The notes: generated by a model from the sequence alone, not told the origin. Counted from the stretch's first letter, positions 39,565 to 53,664 are shown. The stretch: DNA of 64,000 nt from Eledone cirrhosa (GCA_964016885.1 OZ024746.1:91388001-91452000); one strand, 5' to 3'. Program-made: numbers and translations.

Positions 39565-40094
39565 TCTCGTATGTTCCAATTTTTGACAAAACGTTTCTAT
39601 GACTGGATGCCATTCTTAAATCAACCCAGTGTACTGGGTGCATTAGATCGTGGCACCAACAGAAAGATTATGTACTACAATCTGGTTGGAAATTGTTTTT
39701 GATGAACAACAAAAGGATGAAATTAACATCAAAAATCCTAACATGAAAGACAAATTTCAAAAACTTGTGTTTATCAATAAAACAAAAAATGACGTAATAG
39801 AATTAATGAGTTACTGCAAAAAATTAAAACTTTTAAACTAAGCTTGCAGCATATGAATAAAATGAAAATATAATTAGTTTATTTCAGCTGTTAACATTAA
39901 ATAAATTACATAAAAGAAACATGTTGAAAACTGGGAATTATTTGATTCTTAACATGTACTTATTTATAGAATATAACATGTTATAAAAAATGTTTCTCTT
40001 CTAAAATGTGTGTAGCCTATTTTGAAATCTTTAGTTACCAACCTGGCCAAAACCAGCTCTGGTTCTATGTGTGTAGGAATGTATATCTTGGCTA

Positions 40095-40337
40095 TTAACC
40101 CTTTAGTTACCAACCCAGCCAAAACCAGCTCTGGTTCTATGAAATAAAACCATCCATTTTAAAGATTACCAATTTAAATTATTAAATCTTCTAACATGCT
40201 CTTATACAAGAACCTTACTTTAACTTACTATTTTAGTAATGAAATAATTAATAATCTTAATAAACTCCTCAAAAATTCTTCTTCAATTAATTAAAATATA
40301 GTGTATTTCATTAGAAATATGGTGATGAATGGGTTAA
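40095..40337 (+). mobile_element. M2 MITE with TTAA flanks
   Basis: TTAA|CCCTTTAG ... GAATGGG|TTAA. Confidence 0.7.
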
Positions 40338-41699
40338 AACATATTGGAGCTGATTCCTTTCCAGAATTATTTACAAATAAAAATGATATATGAGCTTTTA
40401 TAGTATTTGTATTAGTTGAAACATGCTTGTGGTTTGCTCCTACTACATATAATGTATGACACAGTTTGTGTTTTTTATGTGTTTGTGTGTGTGTGTTTTT
40501 ATGTGTGTGTTTGTGTGTATGTGTTTTTAATGTTTTTATCTGTTTGTGTGTGTTTTTATGTGTTTGTGTGTGTGTTTTTATGTGTGTGTTTGTGTGTGTG
40601 ATTTTTTAATGTTTTTATGTGTGTGTGTGTGAGATTCAGTAAAATATTATTATTAAGCAGATGTCTGGACGATGAATATTTTAAAATTGGAGATTTTGTA
40701 TCGAAACTAGCAATGGTCACGTGCAAGTTGATATGTAGAGAATGAAAGGCAACATTCAAGATCTTTGTCTTCTGAAGAAGAGAGAACATTATCTATAGAC
40801 TTGGTCTGAATTATTGCAACAGAATCGACTTTATTGAAGGAGCTGGCTGATGGTGCTGTTAAAACAATTCACAAATTTAGTATACCAACTGAACATAAAA
40901 ATATTTTTCCTCCAATTAACTTCCACAATTTTGTTTGGGAGTTAGTGAACTCCAGGTCATACTAAAAAACAAAAAAAAAACACTTGCCCAAGCTGAATTG
41001 AACTGCAAAATATATAATTGCAAAGAATATTTCATAACCACAAAGCCATGTTTTTGCCTCGCTGGCATTATAGCTAATAATAATTACCAATTTCAGATTT
41101 AAATCTAACATTTACAGCATATATTAAAAAAAAGAATATTAAATAGAAAACTGGGAGGAAAAAAATCTGTCTTCATATTTTATAGGGTATTTCACAAAGA
41201 TATATTTTAATTATATGAATGTGAACAAAATTTACATTTTTAGTTTTTAGTTTTTTTTCTTACTTTTATTTTTTGCTATTTCTACCTGTAAAATAGAAGA
41301 GATTTCTTGAAATAGATCTTTTGAAAGAAATACTTTGAAATATCTTGAAAATTATAACATCTGATTGCTTATTAAAATTCTGAACAGGTATATTTTAGTT
41401 ACTAAATATGTACATGTTGGTAAATAATGCAAGGAAATAAGAAAAAGTGAGTAAAACTGCCTGTTGATGCTGATGAAGATGCTAATTGGCGCGTACTAAT
41501 TGAGCTGTTCTCAATTATTTTTTTAGTTCTTCTTCATGAAAGAATATGAAGGTTATAATAGACTTTGAAATTCTTCTAAAGCAGTAAGATGCTGGAATTA
41601 GTTGAGATGTAGTTAGTGTTTGATTTAAATATCAATAATGTGTACATATCGTTAGTACTGGTTTATATTGTAATCCTATACATGATAATCAAATGTAGT

Positions 41700-42965
41700 A
41701 GTGCTATTATTATTATTTCCATTATTATTTTGATTGTGCATCATTACTACTTTATCGAGCACAGCTCTGCGCCTTGGATATGTGCAGTGTAGTTTTTGCT
41801 GATGTTGTTTCTGTTATATTGATAGTACTCTATATAATATATATACAGTACCTAGTAGTGCTATCTTTTGTATGTTATATATATTTGTGATACTCTATAT
41901 AATATATATACAGTATCTAGTAATGCTATCTTTTGTATGTTGTATATATTTGTAAGTCCTGTGGTACTCTATATAATATATATACAGTACCTAGTAGTGC
42001 TATCTTTTATATGTTGTATATATTTGTAAGTCCTGTGGTACTCTATATAATATATATATATATACAGTACCTAGTAGTGCTATCTTTTGTATATTGTATA
42101 TATTTGTAAGTCCTGTGGTACCCTATATAATATATATATACAGTATCTAGTAGTGCTATCTTTTGTATATTGTATATATTTGTAAGTCTTGTGATACTCT
42201 ATATAATATATATACAGTACCTAGTAGTGCTATCTTTTGTATGTTGTATATATTTGTGATACTCTATATAATATATATACAGTACCTAGTAGTGCTATCT
42301 TTTGTATGTTATATATATTTGTGATACTCTATATAATATATATACAGTACCTAGTAGTGCTATCTTTTGTATGCTGTATATATTTGTGATATTCTATATA
42401 ATATATATACAGTATCTAGTAATGCTATCTTTTGTATGTTGTATATATTTGCAAGTCCTGTGGTACTCTATATAATATATATACAGTACCTAGTAGTGCT
42501 ATCTTTTGTATGTTGTATATATTTGTGATACTCTATATAATATATATACAGTACCTAGTAGTGCTATCGTGTGTATGTTGTATATATTTGTAAGTCCTGT
42601 GGTACTCTATATAATATATATACAGTACCTAGTAGTGCTATCTTTTGTATGTTATATATATTTGTAAGTCCTGTGATACTCTATATAATATATATACAGT
42701 ACCTAGTAGTGCTATCTTTTGTATGTTATATATATTTGTAAGTCCTGTGATACTCTATATAATATATATATACAGTACCTAGTACTTTTGTATGTTGCAT
42801 ATATTTGTGATACTCTATATAATATATATACAGTACCTAGTAGTGCTATCTTTTGTATGCTGTATATATTTGTAAGTCCTGGGGTTTGGTTATGTATTTG
42901 TGTTTTTTTATCATTCCAAGAGCACCTATTATTATAGGTATTGTGTCAGTTTTCATTTTCCACAT
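41700..42965 (-). mobile_element. R4/Dong-like 3' end with 65/74-bp tandem array and (TAA)n tail
   Basis: RC: ..IPIIIGALG..KYITKPQ..NIYNIQKIALLGT..RVLSI*, short 3' UTR, then AATAATAAT. ~15 repeat units at 41823-42880. Confidence 0.8.
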
Positions 42966-43734
42966 TATTATTATTAATATGAATTGGCAGTTTCTGTAGA
43001 GGGTCGGACGCCATGCTTTTTTGCATAGTTACGTCCCTTTACGGTCTGAGGTCAAATTTCACTGGTTAACTTTGTCTTTCATCTTTACGGGGTCAATAAA
43101 GTACCAGTGATGCACTGGGGTAATTGCTAGCCTTGTGCCAAAAGTAGAAAATAAAATACTAGTCACACACACTGGGGACGATTTAATAGACTTTCACATA
43201 GAATGCTTTGTGGTGTTCATTTCAGCTCTCTGCTCTCCGAGTTCAAATCCCAACAAGGTCAACTTTCATCCATTTGAGGTTGATAGAAATATTCCATTCT
43301 CTCACTCTCTATCTTACTCTGGAAGAAATCTGCTGTATTCAGACCTGGAGAAGAGAGGGGCTCCACCAGGTGTTTAAAACAAAAAGTTCCCTAGAAGCAC
43401 TATTTGTCAGGAGTTATGGAACCATACATGCAAACCCACTCATAATCTTTGATCATTTTGAAACTTGAAAATAAAATATGGTGTGAAATGGGTTAATTCT
43501 GGTTTTAAAGTACTTGAGATATGGTAAAAGATGAGATGGGGGTTAGTTTCAAATCTAGAACATCTGGAAATGAAACCTTACACGTGTTTTTTGTTGATTG
43601 AAGAAATATCTCACATTTTCTAATGACATCTTGTCTTTAGTTCCTTTTGTTTTCTGTTATTATCAGCAAAAAACGGTGGAAGTTAGCATTCAAGGAGAAA
43701 CAATATCAAAATGACAGGATAAGAGAACATTATA

Positions 43735-44010
43735 TATGACTACGGGCCATGCTGGGGCACCACATTGATTCGGTCATAAGACTACGGTCATGCTGGGGCA
43801 CCACATTGATTCAGTCATAAGACTACGACCATGCTGGGGCACTGCATTGATTCAGTCATAAGACTACAGCCGTACTGGAGCAGCACATTGATTCAGTAAT
43901 GAGACTACGGCCATGATGGAGCAGATTTAGTCGATCATATCAATCCCAGTGCTTATTTTCAAGTCTACTACATATTTTATCTCTTTCTGTTGAACTGCTA
44001 AGTTACACAA
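43735..44010. repeat. 41-bp repeat x5 within a SINE-like remnant
   Basis: Unit GACTACGGTCATGCTGGGGCACCACATTGATTCAGTCATAA, followed by TTAGTCGATC...GAACTGCTAAGTTAC. Confidence 0.7.
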
Positions 44011-44159
44011 CCTACTACACTCACGCAAACAGACACACACATACACACACCCACAGACACATACAAACACACCCACAGACACACACTCACTCAATCAGAC
44101 ACACACTCACGCAAAAAGACACACACACACTCACGCAAAGAGACACACACAAACACACC

Positions 44160-44492
44160 CACAGCCACACAGTTGTGAACCAAACAACTTAACCACACAA
44201 CCACACAGCCGTGAACCAAACAACTTAACCACACAACCACACAGCCATGAACCAAACAACTTAACCACACAGCCACACAGCCGTGACCCAAACAACTTAA
44301 CCACACAGCCACACAGCCATGACCCAAACAACTTAACCACACAGCCACACAGCCGTGAACCAAACAACTTAACCACACAGCCACACAGCCGTGACCCAAA
44401 CAACTTAACCACACAGCCACACAGCCGTGAACCAAACAACTTAACCACACAACCACACAGCCGTGAACCAAACAACTTAACCACACAGCCAC
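44160..44492 (-). repeat. 36-bp minisatellite (~9 copies) resembling a tRNA-SINE head
   Basis: RC unit GTGGCTGTGTGGTTAAGTTGTTTGGTTCACGGCTGT contains A-box-like TGGCTGTGTGGTTAAG. Confidence 0.85.
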
Positions 44493-45061
44493 ATGTTTAC
44501 CTGTGGGATTTCTGCTTTTATTTATTTTGTTCTTCTTTGTGATGTATAGGAATTAAATCTTAGTTGCGGGGTGAAATTGCAATATATTATAAACAGAATT
44601 AAAGAGAACTGATTATATTACAAGGAAACGGTAAACTGGAACAACATCATGTCTGCGAAAGACCTAAAGTAATTTTACGATTCCTTCAGGCTGATATTAA
44701 ATCATTGAGGTAAACTAGGAATAAATGGAATGAATGAGGTGGAGGGTAGAGTGTGAGGGTTAAGTGGGGTTGGGGCTGGAGAAATTCTTGTAGATATTTC
44801 CGAATCAATCATGGAACAAGGTGGAGGGGAAGGGGTTACACATGGGATGATGGTTTAGGAAGGAGATTTATATATGCCATGGTTACTTGTTGCTAGGACA
44901 CAAGAGAATAATTCCTTGCAGTGTAAATAATGAATATGGAGGATTCTAGAATAAAGTAGCTGTTAGATATGTGATAAGATAAAGAAGGGGGCCTATTGCA
45001 ATTCATATCCTCTGCCAATCCCCAACACACATATTGGGATATATATATATATATATATATA

Positions 45062-45560
45062 CATGATGATGATGATGGCTGCCTCCTCGATATCGAGTAT
45101 GGCCATTGCATTACAGAAAAAACAAGAAAAAAACAACATATATTAACAATTAACAGTGCTGTGATTGAATGTGGCTTTTTAGCCTAGCCAATGATCTAAA
45201 ATGTCTTGCACAGAGTTGCCAATCAAAACATTCACTGGCAATAGCTGGCTGTGGTTGGAGTTCATGTACTTTTGCATGTGGTTTGACCCCACCTGCTGAT
45301 CTAGATTCTCTTCTGTTTGGCAGGCATGATGAATAGCATCTCCGACAGCAGCCTGGTAGTCAACCACTGGTCTTACTTTATGACTGCGAAGATGATTTTT
45401 CGAGTCCAGCTTTGCTGAGGCAGAGTCTTGCACAGATGCTGCAAATTAGCGCCATAGGAGGACCTTTGCTGTCTGGAAATGCAACAGCAATGCCCTTCCT
45501 CACATCCCTTTTTACTTTCTTGTATACAATTCAAGATGCTTCAAAAGCAACTTTCCCCTT
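45062..45560 (-). mobile_element. LINE (RTE-like) 3' end with degenerate C2H2 zinc fingers
   Basis: RC: LICSICARLCLSKAGL/KNHLRSH ... QLCARHFRSLARLKSHIQSQH*, then GGCCATACTCGATATCGAGGAGGCAGC(CAT)n tail. Confidence 0.65.
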
Positions 45561-45599
45561 ATGTACATACATACATATATGTATGTATGTATGAGGCAA

Positions 45600-46141
45600 A
45601 CCAGAGAAGCAACTGAAATAGAACTAAGAAAACCAAAGTTGAACAGAAAGAACAAATGGAATAACAACAACAGCCATACCCAAACAGACAATACTGACCT
45701 AAGCGAAATATAAATATATGCGCAAGTACAAAAACAACAAACCCACATAAACACACACTAGTGAACAAAGATAGAATACAAAAACACATACAGTCAAACC
45801 CGAACACACACACAAACAGGAAACACACACGCAAATGCAGGCACGGAGACAGAGACAAGAATAAATAAAATAAAAATGGCGTAGGCATTACAATACAACG
45901 GGAGGAAACATAATAGTACCACTGATGATGTCCCAGATGTGTGACGAAAGAACTTTGATAGACTATATATATATTTATATCTGTATTTTTAACCGTTGGT
46001 CAATCAATGATCAACATTCATTGCCAGATAAATTAACTATGGAGATATAAAAGATACGGAAGTGAAAACCAACCCAAACCAAAGAGTGAGTGTGTTCTGT
46101 TATTATTTCTGGCAATATTATAACAATATGACCCTCCCCAA

Positions 46142-46145
<4 letters not shown>
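45600..46145 (+). mobile_element. ribozyme-element family H1, longest copy
   Basis: A/C-rich 5' region, AAAATGGCGTAG motif, hammerhead, then ~190-nt 3' segment ending ATGACCCTCCCCAAGTAT-(AT)n. Confidence 0.7.
45917..45960 (+). ncRNA. minimal hammerhead ribozyme (family H1)
   Basis: TACCA-CTGATGA-T-GTC..GAC-GAAA-G AA C-TT-TGATA. Predicted cut after 45955. Confidence 0.65.
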
Positions 46146-46177
<32 letters not shown>

Positions 46178-46198
46178 ATATGAATATACATACATACA

Positions 46199-46244
<46 letters not shown>

Positions 46245-46330
46245 CACACATAATATATACATATATATACATACATATATATATATATATACACATATAT
46301 ATATATACATATATATATATACATATATAC

Positions 46331-46451
<121 letters not shown>

Positions 46452-46560
46452 CACACATATATATATATATACACACATATATATATATACACATATATAT
46501 ATATACACATATATATATATACACACATATATATATGCATACACATATATATATACACAC

Positions 46561-46620
<60 letters not shown>

Positions 46621-46625
<5 letters not shown>

Positions 46626-46834
46626 ATAGAAGGAGCTTCTACAGGACTAGTACTGTTTCATTCAGATGAAATCTTCAGGAAGCTGGGTGTCATATTAAGA
46701 TCTGGTATTTATACATTTAGGTAGTGGTCTTCTAGTCCTGTAGAAGCTCCTTCTATACAATAAATATATTTTACTCTGCCATGTATTGAGTACCTTACTT
46801 ACTGTGGTTATCCCCGACTCAACCCGGGACCTAC

Positions 46835-46835
<1 letters not shown>
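46621..46835. mobile_element. ribozyme-element family H5 in (TA)n, 30-bp inverted arms
   Basis: Arms 46621-46650 / 46732-46761. Long (TA)n on both sides. Confidence 0.75.
46634..46684 (-). ncRNA. type-I hammerhead ribozyme (intact core)
   Basis: RC: AGCTTC-CTGAAGA-T TTC ATCT GAA T-GAAA-CAG TACTAGTC CTG-TA-GAAGCT. 6-bp stem I, 3-bp stem III, GUA triplet. Confidence 0.8.
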
Positions 46836-46893
<58 letters not shown>

Positions 46894-46986
46894 TATACAC
46901 ATATATATATATATACATATACATATACATACACACATATATATATACACACATATATATATACATACACATATATATATATACAT

Positions 46987-47117
<131 letters not shown>

Positions 47118-47520
47118 TTTATTAAGCGAGCCCTCTTTGGATTTTAGTCTTCAATTTTATTATTATTACTATATATACATATATATATATATAATAAAGA
47201 TGCCTACATTCTACCAACCTATTTTTAACTACCTTTTTACAAACCGTATCTCTATATGATATTGTTGTTTAACCATGGAAAGTGGATGTTAAACAACACA
47301 GTGATGAAGATGAGAGTCTGGTATAATGGACATGGCTGCTATTTCTAGCCTCTCAAATGACTATGTAGAAGCTTCCTTGTTTTGAAGTCATGATCTACAT
47401 TTTAATTTGACAGGCAAAATTCACTTCATTCTGATGATTGGCATTGGAATGTGTTAATCTTCTTGTAAATAGTTCACTGTTATCTGAGTCAGCTACCTGC
47501 AAGTTTGAGCCCCCGTGAAA

Positions 47521-48705
47521 TGGTGGCTGTTCCAGCATCTCTCCCTCACCATCCTCTGGGACAATGTCTTCTCCATCATGTCAGCCAAGACCACAAGGTG
47601 GAATGGCTGTTCCAGCATCTCTCCCTCACCATCCTCTGGGACAATGTCTTCTCCATCATGTCAGCCAAGACCACAAGTTGGAGTGGCTGTTCCAACATGT
47701 CTCCCTCACCATCCTCTGGGACAATGTCTTCTCCATCATGTCAGCAAAGACCACAAGGTGGAATGGCTGTTCCAGCATCTCTCCCTCACCATCCTCTGGG
47801 ACAATGTCTTCTCCATCATGTCAGCAAAGACCACAAGGTGGAATGGCTGTTCCAGCATCTCTCCCTCACCATCCTCTGGGACAATGTCTTCTCCATCATG
47901 TCAGCCAAGACTACAAGGTGGAATGGCTGTTCCAGCTTCTCTCCCTCACCATCCTCTGGGACAATGTCTTCTCCATCATGTCAGCCAAGACCACAAGGTG
48001 GAGTGGCTGTTCCAGCATCTCTCCCTCACCATCCTCTGGGACAATGTCTTCTCCATCATGTCAGCCAAGACCACAAGGTGGAGTGGCTGTTCCAACATGT
48101 CTCCCTCACCATCCTCTGGGACAATGTCTTCTCCATCATGTCAGCCAAGACCACAAGGTGGAATGGCTGTTCCAGCATCTCTCCCTCACCATCCTCTGGG
48201 ACAATGTCTTCTCCATCATGTCAGCAAAGACCACAAGGTGGAATGGCTGTTCCAGCATCTCTCCCTCACCATCCTCTGGGACAATGTCTTCTCCCTCATG
48301 TCAGCCAAGACCACAAGGTGAAATGGCTGTTCCAGCATCTCTCCCTCACCATCCTCTGGGACAATGTCTTCTCCATCATGTCAGCCAAGACCACAAGGTG
48401 GAGTGGCTGTTCCAGCATCTCTCCCTCACCATCCTCTGGGACAATGTCTTCTCCATCATGTCAGCCAAGACCACAAGGTGGAGTGGCTGTTCCAACATGT
48501 CTCCCTCACCATCCTCTGGGACAATGTCTTCTCCATCATGTCAGCCAAGTCCACAAGGTGGAGTGGCTGTTCCAACATGTCTCCCTCACCATCTTCTGGG
48601 ACAATGTCTTCTCCATCATGTCAGCCAAGACCACAAGGTGGAATGGCTGTTCCAGCATCTCTCCCTCACCATCCTTTGGGACAATGTCTTCTCCATCTTG
48701 TCTAG
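47521..48705. repeat. 80-bp minisatellite (~15 copies)
   Basis: Exact 80-bp period TGGCTGTTCCAGCATCTCTCCCTCACCATCCTCTGGGACAATGTCTTCTCCATCATGTCAGCCAAGACCACAAGGTGGAA. Confidence 0.97.
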
Positions 48706-49229
48706 TCAAGACCATGAGGTAGACTGACCCCTAAGTTTGTTGTAGAATAGATTTACTTCTATAAGCATGAGTAGGTTGAGAAATGAAACATAGACATACT
48801 TCTATTGAAAACTTTCATTTTTGTTCTTTTGTAAAGAAAAGAAAAATGTTTCACACAAATCTTGTAGTATTTAGGTTACACTATATATCTACCTGGTCCC
48901 ATAACACCTGAGGGAGTCGCAAGGCTGCCGTTTTGTCATCTATCTACCTATCTTTGTAAATCGTGTGGGAGTTGTATGAGTGTAGTATCTACAGATCTTG
49001 GTAACTGTTGGTGCAGTCTTAGGGGCGCCATATTGACATATAGCATTTCTAGGGCGTTTTTTAGACCTGGCGGAGCCCATCTCCTTTCCAGGTCTGAATA
49101 CGACAAATTGCTTCCAGAGAAGGATAGAGAGGGAGAGAATGAAAGTGAGAAAGAGATATAGAGGAAGAATTGACCTCAGTACTTGACTGGTACTTTTTTA
49201 TCAACCTTAAATGGATGAAAGGCATGTGT

Positions 49230-49620
49230 ATCATCATCATCATCATCATTTTACGCCCGCTTTTCCCTGCTTGCAAGGGTGGGTCGGGTCCTATTCAGCA
49301 CAACATCTCTCCACTTGTCACGGTCCTTCGTCATCTCCACCGTGAGCTTCAGCGATCTGAGGTCTGTTCTCACCACCTCTGCCCATGTTTTTCGTGGTCT
49401 ACCTCTACCACGTCTTCAACTGGAATTTCCTGGCACTTCTACACCCATCAGTCATCCTCCATGCGCATCACATGTCCATACCACCGCAGTCTCCTCTCTC
49501 ACACACTACATTCTATCCCTCTCAGACAAAGTTTCTCTCTCAACACATCCATGCTGAGTCTTTCACGCACATTGACATTGAACATCCAACGGAGCATGCT
49601 TACCTCATTTCTCTGAAACC
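49230..49620 (-). mobile_element. second RTE LINE family (RTE-2), 3' fragment
   Basis: RC: FQRNEVSMLRWMFNV...RRLRWYGHVMRM...[21 protein letters not shown], immediately followed by (TGA)n. Confidence 0.85.
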
Positions 49621-49718
49621 ATATATATATATTTCGTTTCATATACAACACACACACAGAAACAAAATGGCGTAGGACAGAAGAAAGGAAAGGCACAGAA
49701 ACAAAGAAAGGAATCCCC

Positions 49719-49763
49719 AGTCACTGAAGAGGTCACAGGGTGTGTGACGAAAGGACTATGACT
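49719..49763 (+). ncRNA. type-I minimal hammerhead ribozyme (family H1b)
   Basis: AGTCA-CTGAAGA-G-GTCACA GGGTG TGTGAC-GAAA-G GA C-TA-TGACT with CUA triplet, inside element ~49645-49885 flanked by (TA)n. Confidence 0.78.
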
Positions 49764-49877
49764 ATATATAAACAACCAGAAATTTATAAGTTTATAAATT
49801 TATAAATATATAATAAATTGAAGTGAAAGCAACTGGTGCGTGTGTTTCTTATTGGCAACATGACCCTCCCAAAGTAT

Positions 49878-49920
<43 letters not shown>

Positions 49921-50217
49921 TTAAACCATATACGTATATACCATCATCAACATCATCATTTTTTAACGTCCATCTTCCACACTTGCATGGGTTAGACGTG
50001 TATATATATATACACATGTACATAAGCCACACATATATATATATATACACATGTACATAAGACACACATATATATACACGTGTACATAAGCCACACATAT
50101 ATATATATATACACATGTATATAAAGCCACACATATATATATATACATATACATAAGCCACACATAAATACATACATGTACATAAAGCTACACATATATA
50201 CATATATACATATTTAT

Positions 50218-50667
50218 GGAGGCACATGGTTTAGTGGTTAGAGCATTGGCCTTGCAATTGAAAGGTTGTGAGTTCAATTCTCAAACCGGGTGATGTGTTG
50301 TTTCCTTGAGCAAGACACTTTATTTCACAGTGCTCCAGTTTACTCAGCTGTAGAAATGAGATGATAGGGACTGGGGTCCATATCATTCCACTGCAAAGTG
50401 GACATGGAGGCACCACAGCAAAAAAGCTCCCAGCACTCACTGTAAAAGTGGATGTGTAGGTGCCACGGCAAAAAAGCACCCAGCCCACACTGTAAAGTGG
50501 ACATGTAGGCACCATGGAAAAAAAGCACCCAGCACTCACTGTAAATGAGGTTGGTGTTAGGAAGGGCATCCAGCTGTAGAAATCAAGCCAGAATCAGTTC
50601 CCGTCCCACCCTTGCAAGCAGGGAAAAGGCGGACATAAAATGATGATGATGATGATGTTGATGATGA
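50218..50667 (+). mobile_element. SINE family B with RTE-2-type tail, inserted in a CA/TA-rich minisatellite (49995-51155)
   Basis: Head GGAGGCACATGGTTTAGTGGTTAGAGC...GAGTTCAATTC; tail CCGTCCCACCCTTGCAAGCAGGGAAAAGGCGGAC..(TGA)n. Confidence 0.85.
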
Positions 50668-50685
50668 TATACGTGTATATAAAGC

Positions 50686-50732
<47 letters not shown>

Positions 50733-51155
50733 GTACATAAGCCACACATATATACATACATGTACATAAAGCTACACATATATACATATATATATACATA
50801 TGTATACATAAGCACACATATATATACATGTACATAAGCCACACATATACATACATGCACATAAAGCTACACATATATACATATATATATACACGTGTAC
50901 ATAAGCCACACACACACATATATATATATATATACACATGTATATAAAGCCACACATATATATACATGTACATAAGCCACACATATATACATGTATATAT
51001 ACACGTGTACATAAGCCACACATATATATATATATATATATACACATGTATATAAAGCCACACATATATATAATTATATATACATGTACATAAGCCACAC
51101 ACATATATATATATATATATATATACACATGTACATAAATCACACATATATACAT

Positions 51156-52334
51156 GTTTAGCCTTTTAATGTTCAAACCGGCCAGAATTCTCTCACCTCT
51201 TTCTGTTGAAACTGGCTGTAACTGGCCACTCATACTGATGTTAAGGTATTGTTCTCAAAATAAATACTTTCAAAATCTCATAGATTCGATATTATGTGAG
51301 GTAAAACCTTTACTGTGAAAATACAATAGTATAGGTAATAGTGTAGGTAACACGGTAAAAAGTTGCTAGTTCCACACTGTAAATGTAGTTAGTGTTAGGA
51401 AGGGCATCCAGCCGTAGAAAACCTGCCAGATAGTCCTATATGAGCGAGACACGGTCACCCGACCAGCCTTGCCTCAGTGGGACAACTCCCGTCTAACCTA
51501 TGCTAGCGTGGAAAGTGGACGTTAAACGAGGATGATGATGATGATATATAGAGTAATGTAAATGTTATGTGAGGTAAAGCCTTTACCATGAAAATACAAT
51601 AGTATATATAGAGTAATGTAAATGTTATGTGAGGTAAAGCCTTTACCATGAAAATGCAATAGTATATATAGAGTAATGTGAATGTTATGTGAGGTAAAGC
51701 CTTTACTGTGAAAATACAATAGTATATATAGAGTAATGTAAATGTTATGTGAGATAATTATGTGAGGTAAAGCCTTTACTGTGAAAATACAATAGTATAT
51801 ATAGAGTAATGTAAATGTTATGTGAGATATTATGTGAGGTAAAGCCTTTACTGTGAAAATACAATAGTATATATAGAGTAATGTAAATGTTATGTGAGAT
51901 AATTATGTGAGGTAAAGCCTTTACTGCGAAAATACAATAGTATATATAGAGTAATGTGAATGTTATGTGAGATATTATGTGAGATAAAGCCTTTACTGTG
52001 ACAATACAATAGTATATATAGAGTAATGTAAATGTTATGTGAGATATTATGTGAGGTAAAGCCTTTACTGTGAAAATACAATAGTATATATAGAGTAATG
52101 TAAATGTTATGTGAGATATTATGTGAGGTAAAGCCTTTACTGTGAAAATACAATAGTATATATAGAGTAATGTAAATGCTATGTGAGATATTATGTAAGG
52201 TAAAGCCTTTACTGTGAAAATACAATAGTATATATAGAGTAATGTAAATGTTATGTGAGATATTATGTGAGGTAAAGCCTTTACTGTGAAAATACAATAG
52301 TATATATAGAGTAATGTAAATGCTAATGGGTTAG
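51156..52334 (-). mobile_element. M1 MITE with nested RTE-1 tail (51343-51545) and 60/72-bp satellite (51546-52320)
   Basis: M1 termini at both ends; same 72-bp unit as 35590-37885. Confidence 0.8.
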
Positions 52335-52429
52335 AGTTTTCTTTGTTCTGCTACACAAAGTTATTTTGTATTAACATTAAGAAAACAATGAATTGGTTGG
52401 GAATTTTCTAGGTTGGAGAATGAATATAT

Positions 52430-52439
<10 letters not shown>

Positions 52440-52462
<23 letters not shown>

Positions 52463-53630
52463 TATATATATATATATATGTGTGTATGTGTGTGTATATA
52501 TATATGTGTATGTGTGTGTATATATATGTGTATGTGTGTGTATATATATGTGTGTATATATATGTGTGTGTACGTGTGTGTATATATATATATGTGTGTG
52601 TGTGTGTATATATTTGTGTGTGTGTGTATATATATACTGTATATATATATATATTCCATTCTTCCAGCTACAATTAACCCAACTTATGTTACGTTCATTC
52701 TGTGCTACGTTAATTGCCATATTACTTCCTGAGTTACATGTATGTGTCAGTGTGTGTATATGTGTGTGTGTATATGTATGTGTGTGTGTGTGTGTCAGTG
52801 TGTGTATATATGACTGTGTGGCAGTGTGTGTATGTGTGTGTGACAGTGTGTGTGTATATGTATGTGTGTGTGGCAGTGTGTGTATATGTATGTGTGTGTG
52901 TGTGGCAGTGGGTGTGTATGTGTGTGGTAGTGTGTGTATGCGTGTGGCAGTGTGTGTATATGTATGTGTATGTGTGTGGTAGTGTGTGTATGTGTGTGTG
53001 GCAGTGTGTGTATGTGTGTGGCAGTGGGTGTGTATGTGTGTGGTAGTGTGTGTATGCGTGTGGCAGTGTGTGTATATGTATGTGTATGTGTGTGGTAGTG
53101 TGTGTATGTGTGTGTGGCAGTGTGTGTATATGTATGTGTGTATATGTGTGTGTGTATATGTATGTGTGTGTGTGTCAGTGTGTGTATATATGACTGTGTG
53201 GCAGTGTGTGTATGTGTGTGTGACAGTGTGTGTGTATATGTATGTGTGTGTGGCAGTGCGTGTATATGTATGTGTGTGTGTGTATGTGTGTGTGGCAGTG
53301 TGTGTATGTGTGTGGCAGTGGGTGTGTATGTGTGTGGTAGTGTGTGTATGCGTGTGGCAGTGTGTGTATGTGTATGTGTGTGGTAGTGTGTGTATGTGTG
53401 TGTATATGTATGTGTGTGTGTGTGGCAGTGTATATATGTATGTATGTATGTGTGTATGTGTGTATATTGTATATGTATGTAGGTGTGTGTGGCAGTGTGT
53501 ATATGTATGTATGTGTGTGTGTGGCAGTGTGTATATGTAGGTGTGTGTGTCAGTGTATATGTATGCATGTGTACCTCTACCAGTGTATGTGTGTGTGTGT
53601 GAGTACCTGTACCTATGTATGTGTGTGTGG
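52440..53630. repeat. (TG/TA)n-derived complex microsatellite with higher-order duplications
   Basis: Direct inspection; GTGTGGCAGTGTG motif recurs. Confidence 0.9.
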
Positions 53631-53664
53631 TCCAGAAATGCCCCTCCATACTTAATTTTTCTAC

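Noticed and set aside
47505-48727. ~400-aa ORFs in three frames; faint resemblance of the antisense to an RTE C-terminus
   Set aside because: 80-bp repeat cycling through frames; the RTE similarity is too weak to support
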